A stretch of DNA of 60,302 nucleotides from Thiohalophilus sp. (lineage in GTDB: Bacteria > Pseudomonadota > Gammaproteobacteria > UBA6429 > Thiohalophilaceae). The notes beneath the pieces are model-generated. The model saw only the letters and a list, made by a program, of their open reading frames with translations, ran no database searches and was not told the DNA's origin. The position numbers and the translations under genes were made by a program. Where the stretch lies: positions 1-60,302 of the forward strand of contig JBKGZJ010000001.1 in NCBI GenBank assembly GCA_046545635.1, written 5' to 3'. Of this stretch, positions 36,931 to 46,386 are shown piece by piece; within the stretch, counting starts at the first letter, position 1; every line of letters starts with the position of its first letter.

Positions 36931-37998
36931 ATGACAGAATTGAAAAATGATCGTTTACTGAAAGCCCTGGCCCGTGAGCCGGTGGATGTGACGCCGGTGT
37001 GGATGATGCGCCAGGCCGGGCGGTATCTGCCCGAGTATCGCGCCACGCGCGAGAAGGCCGGCAGTTTTCTGGACCTGTGCAAGAATCCGGAGCTGGCCTG
37101 CGAAGTTACAATGCAGCCGCTGGATCGTTTCGATCTGGATGCGGCCATTCTGTTTTCCGATATTCTGACCATCCCCGATGCCATGGATCTGGGCCTCTAT
37201 TTTGCCGAGGGCGAGGGGCCGTGTTTCGAGCGGCCGCTGCGCACGGCGGCGGCGATCGAACAACTGCCGGTGCCCGATGTCAGTGACAGCCTCGGGTATG
37301 TGATGGACGCGGTGAGCACGATCCGGCGGGAGCTGGACGGCCGCGTGCCGCTGATCGGTTTCTCCGGCAGTCCCTGGACCCTGGCCACCTACATGGTGGA
37401 GGGCGGTACCACCAAGGAGTTCGCCCTGGTCAAAGGCTTGCTGTACGAAAATCCCCGGGCGATGCATCAGTTGCTGGAGAAGCTGGCGCGCACCGTGATC
37501 GACTATCTCAACGCCCAGATCGCCGCCGGTGCCCAGGCGGTGATGATTTTCGATACCTGGGGCGGGGTGCTGACCACGCGGGATTACAGCGAATTTTCGC
37601 TGGATTATATGCGCCGGATTATCGCCGGCCTGACCCGCGAGCACGAAGGTCGCAGGGTGCCGGTGATCATCTTCAGCAAGGGAGGGTGTCAGTGGCTGGA
37701 GGATCAGGCCACCATCGGTGCCGACGCCCTGGGACTGGACTGGACCATCGACATCGGCCTGGCCCGCCAGCGGGTGGGCCGGCAGGTGGCCCTGCAGGGG
37801 AACATGGATCCCTGCGTGCTCTACGCTTCGCCGGAGCGTATCCGTGAGGAAGTGGCCACTATCCTGCAAAGCTACGGCCCGGGCCCCGGACACATCTTCA
37901 ACCTGGGCCACGGCATCCACCAGCACGTGGATCCCGACCATGCCCGCGCGCTCATCGACGCCGTTCACGAGCTGAGCACGCCCTACCACAAAAACTGA
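36931..37998 (+). CDS. hemE: Uroporphyrinogen decarboxylase
   Basis: [28 protein letters not shown]. Confidence 0.98.
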   Translation: MTELKNDRLLKALAREPVDVTPVWMMRQAGRYLPEYRATREKAGSFLDLCKNPELACEVTMQPLDRFDLDAAILFSDILTIPDAMDLGLYFAEGEGPCFERPLRTAAAIEQLPVPDVSDSLGYVMDAVSTIRRELDGRVPLIGFSGSPWTLATYMVEGGTTKEFALVKGLLYENPRAMHQLLEKLARTVIDYLNAQIAAGAQAVMIFDTWGGVLTTRDYSEFSLDYMRRIIAGLTREHEGRRVPVIIFSKGGCQWLEDQATIGADALGLDWTIDIGLARQRVGRQVALQGNMDPCVLYASPERIREEVATILQSYGPGPGHIFNLGHGIHQHVDPDHARALIDAVHELSTPYHKN

Positions 37999-38114
37999 AC
38001 CCCGGAAAATAAATTTGGACTTGCTTGAATTACTCAAGCCGGTTCGCAAGATGCCGATATGCATCAACACTAACTTTCCCCCTTTTTGTTCAATAACAAG
38101 TATGAGGTATCAAT

Positions 38115-38924
38115 ATGCGTGCTGTACTCAGTTTCATCGGTCTGCTGCTGCTTGCCGTCTTTCCGGCGCAGGCCGATGACGAATTCCCCGGCCGCAGTCT
38201 GTATCTGGATGTGCCACACATCGAGCTGGCCGATCTTGCCGAGCGTTACGACGACGTGGTAATCGTCGACGTCCGTTCCCGGTATGAATACGATACTCTG
38301 CATATTGACAAGGCCGTGCATGTCTCGCTGGACGCGTCCGATTTTGTCGAACGAATGCATCAGCTGCGTGACAAGAATCCGGACAAGCCGATTGTCACCT
38401 ACTGCAATGGCAAGACCTGCATGAAGTCCTACAAGGCGGCGCGCAGGGCTCTGCAGCGCGGTGTTGAGAATGTGGTGTCGTTCGATGCCGGGATCATGGA
38501 CTGGGCGCAAAACCAGCCGGAGCGTTCCGTGTTACTTGGCGACTCTCCCCTGGATCCGGCCAAACTGATTGCCAAGTCAGAGTTCAAGCAACACCTGATA
38601 AAACCGGAAGAGTTTGTCGGCAAGGCCAACCGCGGTGGCAACATGATCGTCGATGCCCGTGACCCGCTGCAGCGCGCGGGTTATGCGCTGTTCACGGGCA
38701 AGGAACACCGGGCGTCCCTGGCGGATGAAAAGAAAATCGGGGAGTTGATCGTCAGGGCGGCCGATAACGGCGAGACCATGTATATTTATGACGAAGCCGG
38801 CAAGCAGGTACGCTGGTTGATGTATCGTCTCGAACAGCAGGGCGTGAAGGAGTACTACTTCATGGAAGGTGGTACCAATGCTTTCTATAAAGGATTGCGC
38901 GAGGAATTCGCCAAAGAGGACTGA
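38115..38924 (+). CDS. Exported tandem rhodanese-like domain protein
   Basis: Signal peptide ending AQA; IVDVRSRYEY..LHI, YCNGKTC; second domain IVDAR, YD, MEGG. Confidence 0.85.
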   Translation: MRAVLSFIGLLLLAVFPAQADDEFPGRSLYLDVPHIELADLAERYDDVVIVDVRSRYEYDTLHIDKAVHVSLDASDFVERMHQLRDKNPDKPIVTYCNGKTCMKSYKAARRALQRGVENVVSFDAGIMDWAQNQPERSVLLGDSPLDPAKLIAKSEFKQHLIKPEEFVGKANRGGNMIVDARDPLQRAGYALFTGKEHRASLADEKKIGELIVRAADNGETMYIYDEAGKQVRWLMYRLEQQGVKEYYFMEGGTNAFYKGLREEFAKED

Positions 38925-38958
38925 ATCAGGCTCGTCGCTGCTCCGATTTAATTCCGCG

Positions 38959-38990
38959 GTTTATGTCCGGCATGGGCGTCGGACATAAAC
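38959..38990. other. 13-bp hairpin between the rhodanese and DUF2797-like genes
   Basis: GTTTATGTCCGGC-ATGGGC-GTCGGACATAAAC. Confidence 0.6.
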
Positions 38991-39007
38991 TGTGCGACAA
39001 TTGCTGT

Positions 39008-39832
39008 ATGCAAATCTCCGGCAACATCCGCAAACTGACCACCCGCCTGGGCGAGCCGGTCGAATACCGGCTGCCTGTCGGCGATCAGACGATTGCGTTA
39101 AATCCCCTGATTGGGCAAACCCTGTCGCTGGAATTTCTTGGCGAGATTCACTGCATCGAGTGCGGGCGTAAAACCAGCAAGAGCTTTAATCAGGGCTACT
39201 GTTACCCCTGTTTTCGATCGCTTGCCCAGTGCGACAGCTGTATCGTCAAGCCCGAACAATGCCATTATTTCGAAGGGACCTGCCGTGAGCCGGAGTGGGC
39301 CGGGCAACACTGCCTACAGGACCACTATGTCTATCTGGCCAATTCGTCGGCTATCAAGGTGGGCATCACCCGCGCCAGCCAGATCCCGACCCGCTGGATG
39401 GATCAGGGCGCGTCTCAGGCCTTGCCGATTCTGCGGGTCAAAAACCGCCTGGTTTCCGGTCTGGCTGAAATGATCTTCAAACAGCATGTTGCCGACAAGA
39501 CCGCCTGGCAGCGTATGCTCAAAGGAGAACCCGAGCCGGTGGATCTGCCGGCCCGCCGGGACGCCCTGTTTGGTGAATGTGAAACGGCATTGCAGAAACT
39601 GGCCGAGCAACAGGGGGATAACAGTCTGGCCTTGCTGCGCGATGAATCACCGGTTGAGATTCGTTATCCCGTGCAGGAATACCCCGTAAAAGTCACCTCT
39701 CTGAACTTCGACAAGACCCCGCTGATTGAAGGTGTGTTACAGGGGATCAAGGGCCAGTATCTGATTCTGAGCAGCGGGGTCTTGAACCTGCGCAAGTTTT
39801 CGGGGTATAAGATACAATTCACCTGCACTTAA
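39008..39832 (+). CDS. DUF2797-like Cys-rich protein
   Basis: CIECGRKTSKSFNQGYCYPC, CDSCIVKPE.CH, KVGITR..Q.PTRW.DQGA, GIKGQYL. Confidence 0.85.
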   Translation: MQISGNIRKLTTRLGEPVEYRLPVGDQTIALNPLIGQTLSLEFLGEIHCIECGRKTSKSFNQGYCYPCFRSLAQCDSCIVKPEQCHYFEGTCREPEWAGQHCLQDHYVYLANSSAIKVGITRASQIPTRWMDQGASQALPILRVKNRLVSGLAEMIFKQHVADKTAWQRMLKGEPEPVDLPARRDALFGECETALQKLAEQQGDNSLALLRDESPVEIRYPVQEYPVKVTSLNFDKTPLIEGVLQGIKGQYLILSSGVLNLRKFSGYKIQFTCT

Positions 39833-39849
39833 CCCGGTACCGAGCTGCA

Positions 39850-40143
39850 ATGCAGACCTGGCGACAACCCCGATGGCATAACCTGACACGCGCACTGCTG
39901 CTGCTCGTGTTGCTGGGCCAGTCCGCGCTGCTGCTGCACGAGAGCGAACACGCCAGCGCTGCTGCCGGTGAGAGCGAATGTCAGCTCTGTCTGCATGCCC
40001 AGCCACATTTGAGTGCGGCACAAACCGCGCCGGTTCTCAATGTCTGTTTCGAGCGGCTCGGGACCCTGACACCGTCTGTCGAGCAGCCGGTTTACTTCTC
40101 TGCTGTCTATGCCAATGCCTCCCGCGCACCGCCGCGCGCCTGA
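39850..40143 (+). CDS. DUF2946-like leader protein (CxxC plus C-terminal RAPP)
   Basis: Hydrophobic N-terminus, HESEH, CQLC, ends SRAPPRA; lies upstream of a metal outer-membrane protein gene. Confidence 0.8.
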   Translation: MQTWRQPRWHNLTRALLLLVLLGQSALLLHESEHASAAAGESECQLCLHAQPHLSAAQTAPVLNVCFERLGTLTPSVEQPVYFSAVYANASRAPPRA

Positions 40144-40303
40144 ACTCCCTCGATCATAAGTTTAATTGACAGCGTAATCCCCGAAACGGGTATTGCGCAC
40201 ATGTGTGATCTTCCCGTCATGGCATGCCGTGTTAGTCCGTCATGCAAGTCATATGCAATCAGTACAGGCATGATGTGACGGGACAATGAGTCAGGAGCTG
40301 ACA

Positions 40304-41554
40304 ATGTTCAGAACAAGCATATTTTTACTGAGTCTGGCCGGTGTCGCCAGCCTGCCGGCCGTTGTCCAGGCCCAGAGTCCCGGGAAAATATCCGGTAATG
40401 AATTCAACCCCGCGGTCAGTTTGATCCTGGATGGCCGCTATACCGATATCGACAATAGCGAACTTGAGCTGCCCGGTTTTCAACCCGGCGGCGAGGCCGG
40501 TCTGCCCGCGCAGGGTTTTGCCACCGGGCATAACGAGCTGGTCATTTCGGCCAATGTGGACGACAAGTTTTATGGTCAGATGAGCACGGCGCTGGTGGAG
40601 GAAGATGGTGAGACGCAACTGGAGCTGGAAGAGGCCTTTATGGAAACCCTGGGGCTGGGTCATGGGCTGAGAGTGCGGGGCGGGAAATTTTACTCCGCAA
40701 TCGGTTATCTCAACAGTATTCACGACCATGCCCACGATTTTGCCGATCGCCCGCTGGTCTATGATGCCATGCTGGGTGGGCACCTGAACGATACCGGTAT
40801 CCAGTTGAACTGGATTGCGCCAACAACCCGGTATCTGGATCTGGGCGTCGAGATTACCACGGGCAGTGAATTTCCCGGCGGGGAGAATGAGGATAACAAT
40901 AACGGCCTGGCGCTGTTCGCCAAAACCGGCGGGGATATCGGTACCGGCGCCAGCTGGCAACTCGGTGCCAGTTATTACAGTACGGAATTTGACAGCCGCG
41001 AGGCGGGTGGTCATCACCATGGCGGCGGAACATCGCATGCGGACAATGAACTGTTAAACGGCGAAGTGGATATCGCCGGAATCGACCTGGTCTACAAGTG
41101 GGCGCCCAACGGCAACCCGAAGCAGACCAATTTCAAACTCCAGGCGGAATACTTCCTGCGTGACGAAAAGGGCCAATCGGAATTCACCGAGCCTGACTCT
41201 GAATCGGTAAGCGCTGATTATATCGGTGAACAGCAGGGCCTCTATGTTCAGGGGGTGTATCAGTTCATGCCCGCCTGGCGGGTGGGGCTGCGTTATGACC
41301 GGCTGGAGGCGGACAACGTGATTACGAACTTCGTGTACGGCGGGATCGACCAGGACGAATATCTGGACGAGTCCGGACTGGGAAGCGAAGCAAAGGATCC
41401 GGCGCGTCACAGTGTGATGGTCGATTACTCGCCGAGTCATTTCAGCCGCCTGCGCCTGCAGTACAGCGAGCTGGATAACGGGCACGAGCAAAATGACATG
41501 GTCATGTTGCAATACATCATGAGCCTGGGTGCGCATGGCGCGCACAAGTACTAA
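40304..41554 (+). CDS. His-rich outer-membrane beta-barrel protein, putative metal (Zn/Mn/Ni/Co) uptake
   Basis: Signal peptide, FNPAVSLILDG, HDHAHDF, GGHHHGG, PSHFSRLRLQY, C-terminal LGAHGAHKY; AGGAG RBS. Confidence 0.82.
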   Translation: MFRTSIFLLSLAGVASLPAVVQAQSPGKISGNEFNPAVSLILDGRYTDIDNSELELPGFQPGGEAGLPAQGFATGHNELVISANVDDKFYGQMSTALVEEDGETQLELEEAFMETLGLGHGLRVRGGKFYSAIGYLNSIHDHAHDFADRPLVYDAMLGGHLNDTGIQLNWIAPTTRYLDLGVEITTGSEFPGGENEDNNNGLALFAKTGGDIGTGASWQLGASYYSTEFDSREAGGHHHGGGTSHADNELLNGEVDIAGIDLVYKWAPNGNPKQTNFKLQAEYFLRDEKGQSEFTEPDSESVSADYIGEQQGLYVQGVYQFMPAWRVGLRYDRLEADNVITNFVYGGIDQDEYLDESGLGSEAKDPARHSVMVDYSPSHFSRLRLQYSELDNGHEQNDMVMLQYIMSLGAHGAHKY

Positions 41555-41562
41555 TTAAGGGG

Positions 41563-42483
41563 ATGATGATGAGAATCTTTAACAAATCAGTTTCCCTTGC
41601 GTTGTTCACCCTGCTGTTCGCCACGGCCACTCAGGCCGTGGCGAAAGTCGATGTACTGGCCTGTGAGCCGGAGTGGGCGGCGCTGGCCGAGGCGATTGGC
41701 CAGCAGCGGGTCAACGTCGTCTCCGCGACAACGGCCTACCAGGATCCGCATCACATCGAGGCGCGCCCGTCGCTGATCGCCCGGGCAAGATCGGCTGATC
41801 TGGTGGTTTGCACCGGTGCCGAGCTTGAAGTTGGCTGGTTGCCGCTGTTACTGCGCCAGTCCGGTAACGGGCGGATTCAGCAGGGCAAGCCGGGCTATTT
41901 TATGGCCGCCGAACAGGTGGCGCTGATCGAAAAGCTCGAGAGTGTGGATCGCAGCATGGGGGACATCCATGCCGCCGGCAATCCGCATCTGCATCTGGAT
42001 CCCTATCGCCTGTTGAAAGTGGCGAAGCAACTTGTGCGGCGACTGGAAAAGATCGATCCGGATAATGGCGCGGCATATCAGAGCAATTTCGAGGCATTTT
42101 CCGAACGCTGGCAAACGGCTATTGATAGATGGGAGAAAAAAGCGCAAACGCTGCGCGGCAGGAAGGCGGTGGTGCAACACCGGACCTGGAGTTATCTGTT
42201 TGCGTGGCTGGGGGTCGAGGCGGTCGCCGATATTGAACCCAGGCCCGGATTGCCGCCGACCAGCGGACACCTGGCAAGCCTGCTGGAGAAGATTAAACGT
42301 GACCGGCCCGACTTCATTATTCTTGCGGCCTACCAGAACGAGCGGGGGGCGCAATGGTTGTCGCGCCGAAGTCAACTGCCGGTGATTACCCTGCCCTATA
42401 CCGTCGGCGGCAGTGAGCAGGCCGGGGATCTGTTCAGCCTGTATGACACCATGCTGGATCAGCTACTGGAGGCCACCCGGTGA
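41563..42483 (+). CDS. Metal ABC-type substrate-binding protein (ZnuA/TroA family)
   Basis: Signal peptide, QDPHH, GAELE.GW, GNPHLHLDP. Confidence 0.9.
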   Translation: MMMRIFNKSVSLALFTLLFATATQAVAKVDVLACEPEWAALAEAIGQQRVNVVSATTAYQDPHHIEARPSLIARARSADLVVCTGAELEVGWLPLLLRQSGNGRIQQGKPGYFMAAEQVALIEKLESVDRSMGDIHAAGNPHLHLDPYRLLKVAKQLVRRLEKIDPDNGAAYQSNFEAFSERWQTAIDRWEKKAQTLRGRKAVVQHRTWSYLFAWLGVEAVADIEPRPGLPPTSGHLASLLEKIKRDRPDFIILAAYQNERGAQWLSRRSQLPVITLPYTVGGSEQAGDLFSLYDTMLDQLLEATR

Positions 42484-43250
42484 GCCCGGCTGATATGATG
42501 ATGCAGCTTGGCATTATCCTGCCGGCCTTGCTGGCCGGCATGTTGATCCTGAGCACCCATGTGCCGCTCGGACGGGAAGTTCTGCAACGCGGGATTATCT
42601 TTCTGGATCTGGCCATCGCCCAGATGGCGGCACTGGGATTGATTATCGCCCATTTCATCGGCCTGGAGGCACACGGGGCTGTGGTCAGTCAGCTGGTGGC
42701 GGTCACCGCCGCCGTGATTGGCGCCAGTGTGTTGTACCAGGTGCGCCATGCCCCTGCGGCGATTCAGGAGGCCCTGATCGGTATCCTGTTCATGCTGGCG
42801 GCGACCGGCAGTATTCTGCTGCTGGCCAGGGATCCGCATGGCGGAGAGCGATTGCGGGAAGTGCTGGTCGGACAAATCCTGTGGGTGGAATATCGCGATC
42901 TGATCGTGACCGCGATCATCTATGGTGTGGTGCTGATGCTCTGGTTCGGCTGGCGACAGAGACTCGGCAGCTACGGGTTTTATCCCCTGTTCGCCGTAAC
43001 CATCACCCTCTCCACGCAACTGGTTGGCGTTTATCTGGTCTTTGCCAGTTTGATCATCCCGGCGCTGGCCACGCTGCACTGGCGTCGGCCGACTCAGGCG
43101 GCCTACGCTATCGGCGTGGCCGGATATTTTCTGGGACTGTTGTGTTCCGCGCTGTTCGATCTGCCTTCGGGGGCCATGATTGCCTGGGGACTGGGAATCG
43201 CCGGTGCGTTATTTTATCTGCTGAGCCCAAAACAGCCGGTTCGCAAATAG
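42480..43250 (+). CDS. Metal ABC-type permease (ZnuB/ABC-3 family)
   Basis: RGIIFLDLAIAQ, multiple TM helices, VGVYLVFASLIIPA, DLPSGA. Confidence 0.88.
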   Translation: MSPADMMMQLGIILPALLAGMLILSTHVPLGREVLQRGIIFLDLAIAQMAALGLIIAHFIGLEAHGAVVSQLVAVTAAVIGASVLYQVRHAPAAIQEALIGILFMLAATGSILLLARDPHGGERLREVLVGQILWVEYRDLIVTAIIYGVVLMLWFGWRQRLGSYGFYPLFAVTITLSTQLVGVYLVFASLIIPALATLHWRRPTQAAYAIGVAGYFLGLLCSALFDLPSGAMIAWGLGIAGALFYLLSPKQPVRK

Positions 43251-43308
43251 AAGTTCCGATTATGTGTGGGTAACACGGGGGCTTCATTACAGGAAACGGT
43301 GGTGCAGT

Positions 43309-44277
43309 TTACTCCGTTTGTTGACGTTGATGAATTTCATCAAGTGTCTGTTGATACGTTCCCAGGTGTTCCCCGCCCAGCGCAACAGCCCGGCGGGCAT
43401 GTTGTTCGGCCTGGGTTAATTGTCCCTGCTGCAAATAGAGATGCGCCAGATTATTGTGCGCGGGCGCATAATCGGGTCGGGCATCGAGTAATTGTTGCAA
43501 GGTCTTTATCGTCGCGGCGGTCTTTCCCTGTGCATACTGGCTGTTAGCCAGTCCCATCAGCAGGCGCACATCATTCGGCCACTCTTTCAATCCGGCACGG
43601 TATCCCGCCGCCGCTTCTTCGTGTCGATTCACCTGTTCCATGCTGGCGAGGGCGCGCAGATATCGCCAGTATTCCACCGTGGCCGGCAGTTGCCCGGGCT
43701 GCAACGCCAGCATGGCCCAGCGATCGGCCCGCTGCCAGGTACGCTCGAACTGGGCCAGGGTGTTGAGGCGCCGTTTATCCGTGCCGGAGCGCAGGATGAT
43801 TTTATCGCCATTGAGGTCATAACCGATCAGTACGGCATAATGCCAGCGGGGATACCAGTCCAGGGCCAGATTCTGGAAGACCAGCACCGGATTGCCGGCC
43901 TCGACCTCGCGCAGCAGATCATCCAGCTCGGGTTTGAGCACATAGGGAATCAGGCCGAGCTGGCGGGTATTACTGAGTAGCTCAACCTGCAGGCTGCCCT
44001 GTTTGCCGGGAATATAGAGTTTCGAGGTCAGTTGCTGCGGTGTGATATCGATATCCTGCCAGTTGGCGAGCATGGCCAGTGAGGCGGGACCGCATTGATA
44101 GGCTTCCTGGGGATGAAACGGGACCTCGTTCAGTTCCACCGCGGGGGCGATATCCGCCGGCGGCGCGTCGAGCAGGCGATCGCTTTGTGGTGTCCCGGCA
44201 CAGCCGCCAGACATTAAACCTGTCAGGGCCAAAAGAAAAACCCCCGCAAGGCGGGGGCCGTTATAACAGCACATCAT
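43309..44277 (-). CDS. PA2778-like C39-type cysteine peptidase lipoprotein with TPR repeats
   Basis: Lipobox SGGC, VPFHPQ..YQCGPASLA, WHYAVLIGYD, C-terminal TPR (AHNNLA). Confidence 0.85.
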   Translation of the reverse strand: MMCCYNGPRLAGVFLLALTGLMSGGCAGTPQSDRLLDAPPADIAPAVELNEVPFHPQEAYQCGPASLAMLANWQDIDITPQQLTSKLYIPGKQGSLQVELLSNTRQLGLIPYVLKPELDDLLREVEAGNPVLVFQNLALDWYPRWHYAVLIGYDLNGDKIILRSGTDKRRLNTLAQFERTWQRADRWAMLALQPGQLPATVEYWRYLRALASMEQVNRHEEAAAGYRAGLKEWPNDVRLLMGLANSQYAQGKTAATIKTLQQLLDARPDYAPAHNNLAHLYLQQGQLTQAEQHARRAVALGGEHLGTYQQTLDEIHQRQQTE

Positions 44278-44288
44278 AGAAAGGGATC

Positions 44289-44672
44289 TCAGATATTGTA
44301 GACGTTGGTCAGTTTAAGCAGATCGGTGATCAGCAGAACGACCAGCACAAAGGCAAGCAGCCCCAGTGCGTCGGCGCCGGCAGGCAGTTCCTCAAGCTGA
44401 CCGGCCAACATCCGGATCTCCTGTTCAGTCATGGCATCAACCCGTTCGAGCGCATCGGCCGGATCAACACCGAGAGTGACCAGTTGATCCCGGACTTCGT
44501 CCCGCTGAAGTACTTCTTTGACGTGCGCCCGTTCCTGCTGGAGGCTGTCGCCGGCGAGGATGTCATTGGTACCGAGCATGGCTGCGTAACCGGGTGCCGT
44601 GATCCCCAGTGACATCATGGTGATCAATATGATCAGACTAAAGCCCTTACGAAATTTGCGGAGCATATACAT
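44289..44672 (-). CDS. PA2779-like exported protein
   Basis: Signal peptide, GVDP..ALERV.AMT..E, LPAG followed by a hydrophobic LLITDLL tail. Confidence 0.85.
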   Translation of the reverse strand: MYMLRKFRKGFSLIILITMMSLGITAPGYAAMLGTNDILAGDSLQQERAHVKEVLQRDEVRDQLVTLGVDPADALERVDAMTEQEIRMLAGQLEELPAGADALGLLAFVLVVLLITDLLKLTNVYNI

Positions 44673-44758
44673 GGATGGACTCCTGTTGTCCGATTAACTG
44701 ATATCAAGCGTAGTTCAAATAGAGGCGAATAGGTAGCAGTTGACTATGTTATGCGAAG

Positions 44759-45667
44759 TCAGTCACGCCGCTTCTTGCGCGCCCGGGGATGGGCCTGGTC
44801 ATAGATCCTGGCCAGGTGCTGGAAATCGAGATGGGTGTAGATCTGGGTGGTGCTGATGTCCGAGTGGCCGAGCAGTTCCTGCACCGCGCGCAGATCGCCA
44901 CTGGATTCGAGCAGATGGCTGGCAAAGGAGTGACGCAACATGTGAGGATGAACCGGGACATCGACGCCCTGATGTTGCGCCCATTCACGCAGCCGTTTTT
45001 GAACATTGCGCCCGGAGATCCGCCGCCCCTGGCGACTGACAAACAAAGCCTGTTCGTCCTGCAGGGGAATTGTCTCGCGAACGACAAGCCAGGCCTGCAA
45101 CGCCGCCAGTGCCTGTCGGCCGACGGGAACGATACGGCTTTTGTTGCCCTTGCCGTGCAGACTCACCTGGGCCTCGGCCAGATCCAGCTGGGATCGATCC
45201 AGCTGCACCAGTTCGGCCAGGCGCAGCCCCGAGGAGTAAAACAGTTCCAGAATGGCGCGATCGCGGATCGCCAGTGGATCCTTACCCTGCAGATCCAGCA
45301 GCGCGGCGGTCTTGTCCACGTCCAGAGTGTGCGGCAGCTTGCGTTTGGCCTTCGGCGCCTGGATGTCGCGGGCCGGGTTATGGTTGACTCGGCCCGCGCG
45401 GATCAGAAAATCGAAAAACCCGCGCATCGACGACAGAGCCCGCTGCAGGCTGCGCGCGCCCAGGCCGTCACGATGGCGTTGTGCGACATACTGGCGAACA
45501 TGCTGACTGTCCAGTTGCGACCAGTCGTCGAGATTGTGCGCGGCGCAAAACACGGCGAGTTGTTGCAGATCGCGCCGGTAATTACTGAGGGTGTGGGGCG
45601 AGAGCTGGCGTTCGTTTTGCAGCCTGGCCAGATAGTCCTGCACGGCCTGCTGTGCGCTGGCGTTCAT
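44759..45667 (-). CDS. xerC: Tyrosine recombinase XerC
   Basis: LSPHT..YRRDL, GLRLAEL, GKGNK.R, HPHMLRHSFASH, LGH, TQIYTH; dapF-DUF484-xerC synteny. Confidence 0.96.
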   Translation of the reverse strand: MNASAQQAVQDYLARLQNERQLSPHTLSNYRRDLQQLAVFCAAHNLDDWSQLDSQHVRQYVAQRHRDGLGARSLQRALSSMRGFFDFLIRAGRVNHNPARDIQAPKAKRKLPHTLDVDKTAALLDLQGKDPLAIRDRAILELFYSSGLRLAELVQLDRSQLDLAEAQVSLHGKGNKSRIVPVGRQALAALQAWLVVRETIPLQDEQALFVSRQGRRISGRNVQKRLREWAQHQGVDVPVHPHMLRHSFASHLLESSGDLRAVQELLGHSDISTTQIYTHLDFQHLARIYDQAHPRARKKRRD

Positions 45668-46377
45668 GAGCCCAGATGGAGCTTCAGAATCCGGGTGAGC
45701 ACGTGACTCAGGTGGGACAGGAACAGGGTCCCCATGTTGGCGCGAAAGCGTTGTGGATCCTGGCTGCCGATGGCGAGCAGGCCGATACACTGTTTGCTGG
45801 ATTCGCTTTCCACCAGCGGGATCAGGGCGGCGGAACGCACCACCTCCGCATAATCATTAAACAGGGCATCGAGCTGGCCCGGTTTGAGGGGGCCGCAGAC
45901 CGGTTTGCGACCGTTGATCACTTTTTCAAAGGCGCCGAGTGCCGGTTCGCTCCAGTCCATGATATCGGGGTGGGCCTTGAGGACCGGCGCACCGGAGTTG
46001 AACAGGCGAATCACAACCGCATCGGCCTCGAAGTCGGACTTGAGGCGCTCCTGGATCAGGGTCAGCAGGCTGTCGAAGTCATCGGTATCCAGCAGATCCA
46101 GAATCAGTCTGTTCAGCCGGGTACTGAGATCCTCGTTTTGCCGGGCGTAATCAGTCAGTTCCTGCAGGCGCTGTTTGAGCTGCTGTTTTTGATCGCGCAA
46201 CACCGAGACCTGGCGCTCGATCAGGGAGACCGCGCCCTGCGGTTGATGCGGCAGCACCATGTCGGCCAGCAGATCCAGATGGCGTTCGAAAAAATCGGGA
46301 TTGTCGCGCAGGTAGCGCACGACCTCGCGCTCGAACTCCTTGTCCACGGCAAGCGGGTTTTCCTGGCGATTGCTCAT
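45664..46377 (-). CDS. DUF484 (YigA-like) family protein
   Basis: YL..NPDFF, VSLIERQ, MGTLFL; lies between dapF and xerC. Confidence 0.9.
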   Translation of the reverse strand: MSNRQENPLAVDKEFEREVVRYLRDNPDFFERHLDLLADMVLPHQPQGAVSLIERQVSVLRDQKQQLKQRLQELTDYARQNEDLSTRLNRLILDLLDTDDFDSLLTLIQERLKSDFEADAVVIRLFNSGAPVLKAHPDIMDWSEPALGAFEKVINGRKPVCGPLKPGQLDALFNDYAEVVRSAALIPLVESESSKQCIGLLAIGSQDPQRFRANMGTLFLSHLSHVLTRILKLHLGS

Positions 46378-46386
46378 AACGTGATA

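Noticed and set aside
39800-39822. GTAT-AAG-ATAC as a Zur box upstream of the metal cluster
   Set aside because: Poor match to TGTTAT-N3-ATAACA, and it lies inside the preceding CDS.
44759-45667. Tyrosine recombinase as a prophage or island integrase, or as the mobiliser of the repeats
   Set aside because: Sequence and dapF-DUF484-xerC synteny identify housekeeping XerC.
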